A DNA stretch of 32,000 nt from Candidatus Kuenenia stuttgartensis (GTDB lineage: Bacteria; Planctomycetota; Brocadiia; Brocadiales; Brocadiaceae), in contig NZ_LT934425.1 of NCBI RefSeq assembly GCF_900232105.1, positions 1,140,001 to 1,172,000 on the forward strand, given 5' to 3'. The notes under the pieces are model-generated. The model searched no databases and was not told where the DNA came from. It saw nothing but the letters and a program-made list of their open reading frames with translations. Below, piece by piece: positions 1 through 9,269 of this stretch. Position 1 is the stretch's first letter. Each line of letters starts with the position of its first letter. Both the position numbers and the translations under genes were made by a program.

Positions 1-971
1 TTCAAAAAAAGAAAACCTATTATTTAATTGCAGAAAGCAACCTGAATGATACAAAAATAACGCGGATAAAAGAAACCGGCGGTTATGGGATAGATTCCCA
101 GTGGTGCGATGATTTGCACCATTCCCTGCACACACTCCTTACCGGAGAGATCACAGGATATTATTGCGATTTCGGTGAAACGAAACATCTGGTAAAATCT
201 CTCGGAGAAGGGTTTGCTTATTCAGGAGAATACTCTCCATTCAGGAAACGACGTCATGGTAACTCTTCGAAAAATTGTCCGCCATCGCAATTTGTCGTCT
301 TTTCGCAAAATCATGATCAAATAGGCAATCGGATGCTTGGGGAACGGTTATCAACATTGGTTTCGTTCGAGGCGTTAAAACTTGCGGCCGGTGTAATACT
401 TCTTTCCCCTTATATACCGCTTTTGTTCATGGGAGAAGAATATGGCGAAGAAGCGCCTTTTCTCTATTTTGTCAGCCACTCGGATGTTCCTTTAATAGAA
501 GCGGTAAGGCGCGGAAGAAAGCATGAGTTTCATGATTTTCAATGGCAGGGCGAACCGCCTGACCCGCAGGACAGTGAAACCTTTTTAACATCAAAATTAA
601 ACTGGGGAAAAAAGAGACAGGGACATCATAAAGTATTGCTGGATTTTTATAAACATTTAATACATTTGAGGAAAACAATTCCTGCCTTCGCGAATCAGGA
701 TAAGAACAAACTTTCCGTGTACGGCCTTGAGGATGAAAAGGTCGTGTTTTTGCAAAGAGGAGAGGGAGTGGATAACTCTTTTACCGTATTTAATTTTAGC
801 GATAGTGAAGTGTCCGTGAAACTTCCCCTTCAGGAAAATCACTGGAAAAAGCTTGTTGATTCATCAGATGAGATGTGGGACGGTCCCGGCTCATTGTTAA
901 CAGAAAAAACAGGGCAATTTAATCAAATCACTCTGAGAAAACACAGTTTTATTACGTTTATAAAGGAATGA
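1..971 (+). CDS. treZ: malto-oligosyltrehalose trehalohydrolase (GH13), 3' part; 5' end lies outside the window
   Basis: Frame 3 is open from the window edge (..YYLIAESNLNDTKITRIKETGGYGIDSQWCDDLHHSLHTLLTGE.TGYYCDFG..). QNHDQIGNR, LLFMGEEYGE and the C-terminal beta domain are typical of TreZ. The ORF-track start at 114 is internal. Confidence 0.85.
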   Translation, partial: QKKKTYYLIAESNLNDTKITRIKETGGYGIDSQWCDDLHHSLHTLLTGEITGYYCDFGETKHLVKSLGEGFAYSGEYSPFRKRRHGNSSKNCPPSQFVVFSQNHDQIGNRMLGERLSTLVSFEALKLAAGVILLSPYIPLLFMGEEYGEEAPFLYFVSHSDVPLIEAVRRGRKHEFHDFQWQGEPPDPQDSETFLTSKLNWGKKRQGHHKVLLDFYKHLIHLRKTIPAFANQDKNKLSVYGLEDEKVVFLQRGEGVDNSFTVFNFSDSEVSVKLPLQENHWKKLVDSSDEMWDGPGSLLTEKTGQFNQITLRKHSFITFIKE

Positions 972-978
972 TCTATTT

Positions 979-3408
979 ATGGAAAGATATATTTGTATTC
1001 ACGGCCATTTTTATCAACCGCCAAGAGAAAATCCCTGGCTGGAAGATGTGGAACTTCAGGATTCGGCATATCCCTATCATGACTGGAATGAGAGAATAAC
1101 CGCCGAGTGTTATGCACCGAATGCTGCTTCGAGCATTCTCGACGTTGACGGAAGAATAGTAGATATCGTAAATATATATTCAAAGATAAGCTTTAACTTC
1201 GGCCCTACCCTGCTTTCATGGATGGAAAAGCATAAACCAGGCGTTTACCAGGCAATTCTTGAAGCTGACAAATTGAGCCGTGAACATTTTTCCGGGCATG
1301 GCTCAGCTTTGGCTCAAATATACAACCACATGATCATGCCACTTGCCAATAAAAGAGACAAGTATACGCAGGTTATATGGGGACTAAGGGATTTTCAATC
1401 AAGATTCGGAAGAGATGCGGAAGGCATGTGGCTTCCGGAAACTGCCGTAAATACCAAAACCCTTGAGGTACTGGTGGAACTGGGAATAAAATTCACCATA
1501 CTGGCGCCCCGCCAGGCCCAGAAAATGAAAAGAATGGAGAGCCATGCTTGGAAAGATATGGGAAACGGGGAAATAGACCCTACAACACCCTATCTTTGCA
1601 GACTCCCCTCAGGACGAAGCATTTGCATCTTTTTTTACGACGGGCCTATTTCACAGGACCTCGCATTTGGCGGTTTGCTGGAAAATGGAGAAAATTTCGC
1701 AACTCGATTGCTTTCCGCATTTACCGAAAACAGGGACTGGCCTCAGCTTGTGCATATTGCAACAGATGGCGAAACATACGGACATCACCATTTTAAAGGG
1801 GATATGGCGCTTGCGTACTGCCTATATCATATAGAGTCAAAAAATCTGGCGAAAATTACAAATTATGGGGAGTATCTCGAGAAACATCCGCCAAAATTCG
1901 AGGCGGAAATAAAAGAAAATACTTCATGGAGCTGTATTCACGGAATTGAAAGATGGAAAAATAATTGCGGATGTTGTTCCGGCAGCCATCCAGGCTGGAC
2001 ACAGGAATGGCGCACACCTCTTAGGGCTACTATGAATGCCCTGAGAGACAAACTGGCAGCCATTTATGAAGCAGAAGCCGGCAAATATTTTAAAGACCCA
2101 TGGGTTACGAGGAATGCCTATATTGAAATTATCCTGAACAGAAAGGAAAATGCGGTTCGCAGTTTTATCGAAAAGCAAACAATTACGGCGCCTACAAAAG
2201 AAGAAATAACAAAAATCCTGAAACTCCTTGAAATACAGCGGAATGCCATGCTGATGTACACCAGTTGCGGATGGTTTTTCGATGAGATTTCCGGCATTGA
2301 AACAGTGCAGATTATCAAGTATGCCGCAAGGGCAATTCATCTCGCAGAAGAAATTTCAGACTCCGCCATTGAGACGGAATACCGTGCGCTTTTAAAAAAC
2401 ATAAAGAGCAATGTGCCAAAATACGAAAACGGCGACAGAATATATGAATTATTTGTAATGCCCAGCAAAATAGACCTTTTTCATGTATGCGCCCACTATG
2501 CAATTTCCTCCCTTTTTGAAGATATTCGGGAAAAAGCGCCAAGTTATTGTTATTCTGTAACAACCGAAAAATATGAACAGCGGTACGCGGGGAGAGTAAA
2601 ACTCGCTTTAGGGAAAATGCATATAGTATCAACCATCACATGGGAGGAGGTGGAGACAGTGTTCGCAGCGCTCCATTTAGGCGACCATAATGTAAATGGT
2701 GGCGTAAAATGTTTTACCACTGAACAGGAATTATTACACATGTTTCAGGAGATCGGGAATATTTTTGACAGAGGTGAAATCTCAGAAGTTATAAGACTTA
2801 TGAACAACTATTTTGGCGCCCATAGCTATTCTCTGTGGCATCTGTTTACAGACAGGAAAAGGATGATTTTAGATCAAATCCTGCAATCCACAATGAAGGA
2901 AATAGAAGTTTCATTCAGGATGATTTATAAAAACAATTATTCCTTGCTGAATTTTCTCCATTATCTGCAGACCCCCCCGCCTCGTCCACTTTTTTTAACT
3001 GCAGAATATACGGTAAATAGAGATTTAATAAATATTTTTTCCCTAGAAGAAGAAATGAATCTTGAAAAACTTGAAAACCTCATCAACGAAGCAAAACGCT
3101 GGTCATTTGCCATTGATAAAAATGCCACTGGCTTTGCGGCAAATGTATGGATAAACTCACACATGGAACGGTTACGAAAGAAACCAAGCGATATCAGTCT
3201 TGTTGAGGAAATCGACGCCGTGATAAAACTATTAAACTCTCTCTCCGTAAAGCTGGACCTGTGGGAGGCGCAAAATATTTATTTCCATATCGGAAAAAAC
3301 ATTTATCACACAATGAAAGAAAAGTCATTAACCGAAGACCCTCGTTTTAGAAGATGGGAAGAGGCATTTAAAAAACTGGGATATTATCTTGGGGTGAAGG
3401 TGTCATAG
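979..3408 (+). CDS. glycoside hydrolase family 57 protein with DUF3536-like C-terminal region
   Basis: 809 aa. N-terminus MERYICIHGHFYQPPRENPW is the GH57 signature. It has the candidate nucleophile region EGMWLPETAV and acid/base region HIATDGETYGHH. SCGWFFDEISGIE is typical of the DUF3536 extension. It starts 8 nt after the treZ stop. Confidence 0.85.
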   Translation: MERYICIHGHFYQPPRENPWLEDVELQDSAYPYHDWNERITAECYAPNAASSILDVDGRIVDIVNIYSKISFNFGPTLLSWMEKHKPGVYQAILEADKLSREHFSGHGSALAQIYNHMIMPLANKRDKYTQVIWGLRDFQSRFGRDAEGMWLPETAVNTKTLEVLVELGIKFTILAPRQAQKMKRMESHAWKDMGNGEIDPTTPYLCRLPSGRSICIFFYDGPISQDLAFGGLLENGENFATRLLSAFTENRDWPQLVHIATDGETYGHHHFKGDMALAYCLYHIESKNLAKITNYGEYLEKHPPKFEAEIKENTSWSCIHGIERWKNNCGCCSGSHPGWTQEWRTPLRATMNALRDKLAAIYEAEAGKYFKDPWVTRNAYIEIILNRKENAVRSFIEKQTITAPTKEEITKILKLLEIQRNAMLMYTSCGWFFDEISGIETVQIIKYAARAIHLAEEISDSAIETEYRALLKNIKSNVPKYENGDRIYELFVMPSKIDLFHVCAHYAISSLFEDIREKAPSYCYSVTTEKYEQRYAGRVKLALGKMHIVSTITWEEVETVFAALHLGDHNVNGGVKCFTTEQELLHMFQEIGNIFDRGEISEVIRLMNNYFGAHSYSLWHLFTDRKRMILDQILQSTMKEIEVSFRMIYKNNYSLLNFLHYLQTPPPRPLFLTAEYTVNRDLINIFSLEEEMNLEKLENLINEAKRWSFAIDKNATGFAANVWINSHMERLRKKPSDISLVEEIDAVIKLLNSLSVKLDLWEAQNIYFHIGKNIYHTMKEKSLTEDPRFRRWEEAFKKLGYYLGVKVS

Positions 3409-3410
3409 AT

Positions 3411-3440
3411 TGTGGAGACAACGCATGCGTTGTCTCTACA
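3411..3440. repeat. REP-like palindrome, copy 1 (perfect 22-bp palindrome GAGACAACGCATGCGTTGTCTC at 3415-3436, framed GTGG...CTAC)
   Basis: Checked base by base as self-complementary. An identical 22-mer recurs at 3777-3798. It lies 3 nt after the GH57 stop. Confidence 0.85.
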
Positions 3441-3473
3441 ATTTGTGTCAAAAGAACATTTTGTAAAAAAATA

Positions 3474-3803
3474 ATGGCTGAAAAATTTCAAAATAAATAC
3501 CGAATACCATCTACCCGGCTACAAAATTGGAATTACGGGTGGGCAGGCGCACATTTTATAACCATTTGCACGGCAAACAGAGAATATTTTTTTGATAAAA
3601 TAAATAATGGCATTCTGCAATTATCTAATGTTGGGGTAATTGCAAATGTATTGTGGTATGAAATTAAAAACCACACAACAAATGTTGAATTGGGGACATT
3701 TATTGTTATGCCCAATCACGTTCATGGTATATTGGTTTTGAATGGAAATAACAACAACACCGACACAACCGTAGTAGAGACAACGCATGCGTTGTCTCTC
3801 TAA
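3474..3803 (+). pseudogene. truncated REP-associated tyrosine transposase (RAYT / IS200-like Y1 HUH transposase), N-terminal ~109 aa only
   Basis: QNKYRIPSTRLQNWNYGWAGAHFITICTANREYFF and the HUH motif MPNHVHGILVL match RAYT-type proteins. The ORF stops right after the palindrome-encoded VVETTHALSL. The C-terminal half that should carry the catalytic Tyr is not found in any frame downstream. Confidence 0.7.
3774..3800. repeat. REP-like palindrome, copy 2 (same 22-mer at 3777-3798, preceded by GTAG)
   Basis: Identical to 3415-3436. The similarity continues a few bases beyond it (..TCT.AA..GTGTCA in both copies). It forms the last codons of the RAYT fragment. Confidence 0.85.
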
Positions 3804-3885
3804 AGTGTCACCAAATAGCAAATCGTAATAACAATTCCCGGTTGGGAACGGAAGTGAAATAATTTTTAAAATGTAAACAATCTCT

Positions 3886-5385
3886 ATGTACAAAAGAAGA
3901 AGCGGCATATTACTACATATAACATCACTCCCATCGCCATATGGCATAGGAGATTTTGGGCCATTCGCCTACAAATTCATCGACTTCCTGGCAGAAACGA
4001 AGCAGTGTTTATGGCAAATCCTGCCGTTAAATCCCACATCCCTCCCCTATGGAAACAGCCCCTATAGCAGTTGCTCTGCCTTTGCAGGAAACCCTATCGT
4101 AATAAGCCCGGACATGCTAGTGGAAGATGGACTGCTTGCCAAGCCGGATATTGAAGGCGGCAGACGCTTGCCGAATAATCGGACGGATTACGCAAATACT
4201 ACCGTCTATAAGGAAGGCATTCTTCAAAAGGCATATAAAAATTTTCAAATACAGAAAAAAGAAAAATATGCCTTTCCGTTATTCTGCGAACAGAACGCTC
4301 ATTGGCTGGATGATTACACACTATTTATTGCCCTTAAAGAATATTTTCAGGGAAAAGTATGGAGCGACTGGCCTGCGGAAATAAAGCACAGAAAACCTGA
4401 CGCAATGGTTGAATGGAGAGAAAAATTAAAAGAACGAACGGAAAAAGAAAGGTTTATCCAGTACATATTCTTTAAGCAATGGCACAAGCTCAAAGAGTAC
4501 TGCAATAAAAAAAACATACAAATAATCGGAGATATTCCTATTTATGTTACGTATGACAGCGCTGATGTCTGGTCGCATCCGGAATTATTTAAATTAGATG
4601 AAAACAAACAACCATCATTCGTTGCGGGGGTGCCGCCGGATTATTTCAGTGAAACAGGACAAAAATGGGGAAACCCTATTTATACGTGGGATTTTCATAA
4701 AGAAACGGAGTTTTTGTGGTGGATCAAACGTATAGAACACAACATGAAGCTCTTTGATATTGTCCGATTAGACCATTTCAGGGGTTTCGTTGCGTATTGG
4801 GAGATCCCTGCGCACGAAGAAACGGCTATTAATGGCACATGGGTTGAAGCTCCTGTTGAAGACTTTTTTACCACCATTTTTAAACACTTTCCTAATTTAC
4901 CCCTTATTGCAGAGGACCTCGGCACCATAACACCGGAAGTAAAACTCGTTATGCAAATGTTTCAATTTCCCGGTATGAAACTTCTCCTGTTTGCCTTTGG
5001 CGATGATGTAGCAAAAAATCCTTATGTACCACATAATTATGAGAAAAACTGCGTGGTATATACCGGAACACATGACAACAATACCATAAAAGGGTGGTTT
5101 AAAAATGAGACAAACGAAGAAACACGAAAAAAACTTTTCAAATATCTTGGAAGAGATGTTTCCGAAACAAATGTGTGTCGGGAATTAATACGACTAGCAA
5201 TGATGTCCGTTGCAAACACGGCGATCATTCCTATGCAGGACATCCTTGAACTTGACGAAGAAGCCAGGATGAATTTACCGGCAACCACTGAAAATAACTG
5301 GGCATGGAGACTGCTTTCCGAACAGCTCACGCCATCCGTAACGAATGCACTTAGAGAAATTACCGGAATTTACGGTAGGAGCTGA
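3886..5385 (+). CDS. malQ: 4-alpha-glucanotransferase (amylomaltase, GH77)
   Basis: 499 aa. RRSGILLHITSLPSPYGIGDFG N-terminus, IGDIPIYV, VRLDHFRGF and YTGTHDNNT are classical MalQ motifs. Confidence 0.9.
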   Translation: MYKRRSGILLHITSLPSPYGIGDFGPFAYKFIDFLAETKQCLWQILPLNPTSLPYGNSPYSSCSAFAGNPIVISPDMLVEDGLLAKPDIEGGRRLPNNRTDYANTTVYKEGILQKAYKNFQIQKKEKYAFPLFCEQNAHWLDDYTLFIALKEYFQGKVWSDWPAEIKHRKPDAMVEWREKLKERTEKERFIQYIFFKQWHKLKEYCNKKNIQIIGDIPIYVTYDSADVWSHPELFKLDENKQPSFVAGVPPDYFSETGQKWGNPIYTWDFHKETEFLWWIKRIEHNMKLFDIVRLDHFRGFVAYWEIPAHEETAINGTWVEAPVEDFFTTIFKHFPNLPLIAEDLGTITPEVKLVMQMFQFPGMKLLLFAFGDDVAKNPYVPHNYEKNCVVYTGTHDNNTIKGWFKNETNEETRKKLFKYLGRDVSETNVCRELIRLAMMSVANTAIIPMQDILELDEEARMNLPATTENNWAWRLLSEQLTPSVTNALREITGIYGRS

Positions 5386-5386
5386 T

Positions 5387-8300
5387 ATGATACAAGCACA
5401 CTTTCGCACCCCACGCATACCTATTGCCACCTACAGATTACAACTCAATAAACATTTTACCTTCCATGACGCAAAAGAAATAGTCGCCTATCTGCATGCT
5501 TTGGGCATAAGCGATATATATTGTTCTCCTTACCTGAAGGCCAGGGAGGGCAGCCTTCACGGGTATGACATCGTTGACAACCATTCATTGAATCCTGAAA
5601 TCGGCACAGAACAGGAAATGGATGAATTATCCCGCGAGCTTGAGCATTATGGAATGGGGCACATATTTGATCTGGTGCCAAACCATATGGGTATTGCCGA
5701 TAAAGAAAATGCATGGTGGATGGATGTGCTGGAAAACGGGATGAGTTCCTGTTATGCGAATTTTTTCGATATAGACTGGGATCCTATAAAGGATGAATTA
5801 AAAAATAAAATACTCCTTCCCGTCCTGGGAGATCAATACGGCAACGTCCTTGATAATCAGGAATTAACCCTGACGTTTGAAAACGGCTCTTTTTTTATAC
5901 TTTACTACCATCACAAATTCCCCATACGACCACAAACATATCCGGAGATTTTAAAATACCGACTGGAGGAATTAGAAAAAACCTTACCGGAGGAAAACCT
6001 TCATCTGACGGAGTTTTTAAGCATTTTAACCGCTATTGACCATCTTCCCGCATACACGGAAACAGCAGAAGAAAAAATCAGGGAACGACGACGCGAAAAA
6101 GAGGTGATTAAAAAACGACTCCACACCCTTTACAACGAAAGCACGGAGATCCGAAATTTTATCGATAAAAATGTGCTGCTGTTTAACGGACAAAAAGGAG
6201 GCACGGAAAGCTTCGATCTCCTCGACAATCTGCTGGATAAACAGGTGTACCGGCTTTCCCACTGGCGAGTCGCCACCGAGGAGATTAATTACCGGCGGTT
6301 TTTTGATATAAGCGAACTCGCAGCAACCAGGGTAGAAGAGCCAGACGTCTTTCGGGAAACCCACGAACTTGTGTTTCGCCTCATCCGGCAAGGTAAAGTA
6401 ACAGGGCTGCGGGTAGATCATCCCGATGGATTATACTGTCCGCCTGAATATTTTAAAGAATTACAAAAGAACTGCTATCTCCTTACTTTTGGTGGAAACG
6501 GGAAAAATTCAAAAAATAATCGCGCATCAGAGGATGAACAATCAGAGGAAAGGGCGGCGCTGACAAAGCAATACCATGAGATACTTGCAAGGGAACCGCA
6601 CTATAAACCATTCTATATTGTGGGAGAAAAAATACTGGGAAGGTCAGAAAGGATACCGGAAGACTGGCCGATTTTTGGCACAACAGGATACGACTTTATT
6701 GCCACGGTGAACGGCATATTTGTTGAAACAAAGAATGCAAAGGAATTTGACAAAATATACTCCAGGTTTATTAAAGAGACGATACACTTTCATGAGATTG
6801 TCTATGAAAAAAAGAGGCTCATTATGCAAGTGGCAATGTCTAGCGAAATCAACACACTGGGGCACTATCTGAACCGTATCTCTGAAAAAAACAGGCATAC
6901 CAGAGATTTTACGCTCAATAGCCTGACCTACGCAATTATTGAAGTAATCGCATGTTTTCCCGTATACCGGACATACATTCATTCCTCAGAGGTAAACGAA
7001 CCGGATAAACGTTATATTGAACATGCTGTTTCTAAAGCAAGGCAAAAAAATCCCGCCCTTAATGAATCGATTTTTTTCTTCCTTAAAGACGTGCTTCTCA
7101 ACAATTATCCCGGATATTTTAACGAGGAAGGCAAAAAAGCATGGCTTAATTTTACCATGAAATTTCAACAAATTACGGGCCCGGTTATGGCAAAAGGGGT
7201 AGAGGATACTGTTTTTTATGTATACAACCGCCTCATTTCACTGAACGAAGTTGGCGGCAGTCCCGATTGGTTTGGGACTTCAATCGAAGCCTTTCACGGA
7301 CAAAATACGGAAAGGGCAAAATCATGGCAACATTCCATGTTAGCCACTTCCACACATGATACCAAACGAAGCGAAGACGTCAGGGCGCGCATCAACGTCC
7401 TCTCCGAAATACCGGCAAAATGGAGAGAATGTCTGATAAAATGGAGCAGAAACAATAAAAAACACAAATATCTTGCAGGAGACCTAGCCGCCCCTAGCAA
7501 AAATGAAGAGTATTTATTTTATCAAACACTTATTGGCGCCTGGCCTTTTGAACCAATGGACGATTCAGGGTATGAAATCTTCAAAAACAGGATTAAGGAA
7601 TACATGCTCAAAGCGTCACGCGAGGCAAAGGAAAATACGAGCTGGATAAACCCAAATACGGTATATGAAGAGGCATTAATGCACTTCATTGACAACGTAA
7701 TGAACAGGAAGCAAAATAATGCTTTTTTGCATGATTTTAAAAAGTTTCAGGAAGAGATTTCTCATTACGGCATATATAATTCGATCGCACAGACGTTGCT
7801 TAAGATAACTTCTCCCGGAGTCCCGGATATTTATCAGGGGAATGAAATATGGAGTTTTTGCCTCGTGGACCCTGACAACCGCATGCCCGTTGATTATGGC
7901 CTGCGAATGAGCATGTTGGAAGAATTAAAAGAGCAGGAAACAAGCGGCGGAATACAGGCCCTTATTACAAATATGATGAGAAACAGGGAAAAGGGCTTGA
8001 TAAAACTGTATGTTACCCACAAGGCGCTTACCTTCCGGAAAGAGAACAGAGAACTGTTTGAAACCGGGAATTATACGCCCCTTGAGGCTGCGGGAACAAA
8101 AGAAAATAATGTATGTGCATATGCAAGAAACAGCAACACCAAAACCGCGATTGTCGTCGCACCCCGGTTCATGACGCAAATTCTTTCCCATCCGGAAGAA
8201 TTGCCCTTTGGAAAGGACGTGTGGGAGGATACCTTTCTTTCCCTCCCTTTTGAAGATAACGCAGCAGGATACCAAAACATTTTTACAGGAGAGGTTGCTA

Positions 8301-8389
8301 AGACAACTATTCATAATAATGCAAAAGGCATATTCCTTTCAGAAATATTTACCACCTTTCCGGTGGCCCTGATGGAAAGAATTTGTTAA
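5387..8389 (+). CDS. treY: malto-oligosyltrehalose synthase (GH13)
   Basis: ATYRLQLNKHFTFHDAKEIVAYLHALGISDIYCSPYLKAREGSLHGYDIVD and DLVPNHMG are TreY signatures. I place the start at ATG 5387 (MIQAHF..), which has AGGAG at 5377-5381 and follows the malQ stop (5383-5385) by 1 nt. The ORF-track start at 5345 would overlap malQ. Confidence 0.9.
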   Translation: MIQAHFRTPRIPIATYRLQLNKHFTFHDAKEIVAYLHALGISDIYCSPYLKAREGSLHGYDIVDNHSLNPEIGTEQEMDELSRELEHYGMGHIFDLVPNHMGIADKENAWWMDVLENGMSSCYANFFDIDWDPIKDELKNKILLPVLGDQYGNVLDNQELTLTFENGSFFILYYHHKFPIRPQTYPEILKYRLEELEKTLPEENLHLTEFLSILTAIDHLPAYTETAEEKIRERRREKEVIKKRLHTLYNESTEIRNFIDKNVLLFNGQKGGTESFDLLDNLLDKQVYRLSHWRVATEEINYRRFFDISELAATRVEEPDVFRETHELVFRLIRQGKVTGLRVDHPDGLYCPPEYFKELQKNCYLLTFGGNGKNSKNNRASEDEQSEERAALTKQYHEILAREPHYKPFYIVGEKILGRSERIPEDWPIFGTTGYDFIATVNGIFVETKNAKEFDKIYSRFIKETIHFHEIVYEKKRLIMQVAMSSEINTLGHYLNRISEKNRHTRDFTLNSLTYAIIEVIACFPVYRTYIHSSEVNEPDKRYIEHAVSKARQKNPALNESIFFFLKDVLLNNYPGYFNEEGKKAWLNFTMKFQQITGPVMAKGVEDTVFYVYNRLISLNEVGGSPDWFGTSIEAFHGQNTERAKSWQHSMLATSTHDTKRSEDVRARINVLSEIPAKWRECLIKWSRNNKKHKYLAGDLAAPSKNEEYLFYQTLIGAWPFEPMDDSGYEIFKNRIKEYMLKASREAKENTSWINPNTVYEEALMHFIDNVMNRKQNNAFLHDFKKFQEEISHYGIYNSIAQTLLKITSPGVPDIYQGNEIWSFCLVDPDNRMPVDYGLRMSMLEELKEQETSGGIQALITNMMRNREKGLIKLYVTHKALTFRKENRELFETGNYTPLEAAGTKENNVCAYARNSNTKTAIVVAPRFMTQILSHPEELPFGKDVWEDTFLSLPFEDNAAGYQNIFTGEVAKTTIHNNAKGIFLSEIFTTFPVALMERIC

Positions 8390-8493
8390 AATCTCATTCT
8401 ACAATAATTGGCTACTTTGTGATAAGCGGAGCATTTGCTATAAACGGTTGCTGCTCGTTCCTCAGTTGAAATATCTAAGCCTATTAAATTCAT

Positions 8494-8520
8494 GTAGTGC
8501 GACGAACCTCGTCGCACTAC
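8494..8520. repeat. REP-like hairpin GTAGTGCGACG-AACCT-CGTCGCACTAC (perfect 11-bp stem, GTAG...CTAC frame)
   Basis: Arms checked as exact reverse complements. It lies in the treY-hisB spacer. No U-run follows, so it is not a canonical intrinsic terminator. Confidence 0.75.
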
Positions 8521-8678
8521 AAAGGACAATTTTCCGTTTCAAAAGACTAAAGTGTTACCCGTTTTTTAGTACCATTTTCACTCGTTGCCAAACAGTTAAA
8601 TTTGTTGCCTTTGGCAGTCTGATTTCATTATCTTATATTATCTTATTACAACATCCTCAACATATAAACACATCTTAT

Positions 8679-9269
8679 ATGAAAAAAAGAATTGCAAAAA
8701 TCGAAAGAAAGACCAAAGAAACACAAATTGAGTTGGTTTTGAATATTGACGGAGAAGGAATATGCAACGTTAGTACAGGGATTGGTTTCCTGGACCACAT
8801 GCTCGAATTATTAACCAAACATGCCTTATTTAATCTGGATATTACCGCACATGGTGATATTCAGGTAGATGGCCACCACACGGTTGAAGATATTGGGATA
8901 TGCCTTGGCCTGGGAATAAAGGAGGCATTGGGCGACAAAAAAGGAATCCGGCGTTTTTCAAACGCCAGTATCCCCATGCAGGAAACGCTGGCAAATGTAG
9001 CCATAGACATAAGCGGAAGGTCTGCACTGGTATTTAATGCAAACTTTCATAATGAAAAGATTGGCAATTTTGATGTAGAACTTATTCGGGAATTTCTTGA
9101 AGCATTCACAACGAATGCAGGCGTTAATTTACACATAAATATTTCTTACGGTACAAATTCCCACCATATGGCTGAGGCGGTGTTCAAAGGCATGGCAAAG
9201 GTATTGTGCGAAGCCGTCCGCCTTGATGAACGCATAACCGGCATACCTTCAACGAAAGGAGTACTTTAA
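8679..9269 (+). CDS. hisB: imidazoleglycerol-phosphate dehydratase
   Basis: The conserved sequence starts at MKKRIAKIERKTKETQIELVLNIDGEG. Also present are GIGFLDHML, DGHHTVEDIGI and SHHMAEAVFK. The 77 extra N-terminal codons in the ORF track (8448-) have no HisB counterpart and run through the REP hairpin. Confidence 0.9.
   Translation: MKKRIAKIERKTKETQIELVLNIDGEGICNVSTGIGFLDHMLELLTKHALFNLDITAHGDIQVDGHHTVEDIGICLGLGIKEALGDKKGIRRFSNASIPMQETLANVAIDISGRSALVFNANFHNEKIGNFDVELIREFLEAFTTNAGVNLHINISYGTNSHHMAEAVFKGMAKVLCEAVRLDERITGIPSTKGVL

Noticed and set aside
5345-5386. Upstream start for treY that overlaps malQ by 41 nt.
   Set aside because: ATG 5387 has an AGGAG RBS and follows the malQ stop. 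The extra residues are not TreY-like.
8612-8627. Sigma-54-like promoter TGGCAG-TCTGA-TTTCA, about 50 nt upstream of hisB.
   Set aside because: The spacing is right, but the critical -12 GC is TC and the -24 flank also deviates. hisB is an implausible sigma-54 target. It is kept only as a weak possibility.
8448-8678. 77-codon N-terminal extension of the hisB ORF in the ORF track.
   Set aside because: There is no HisB homology. It runs through the REP hairpin. The conserved HisB N-terminus begins at ATG 8679.
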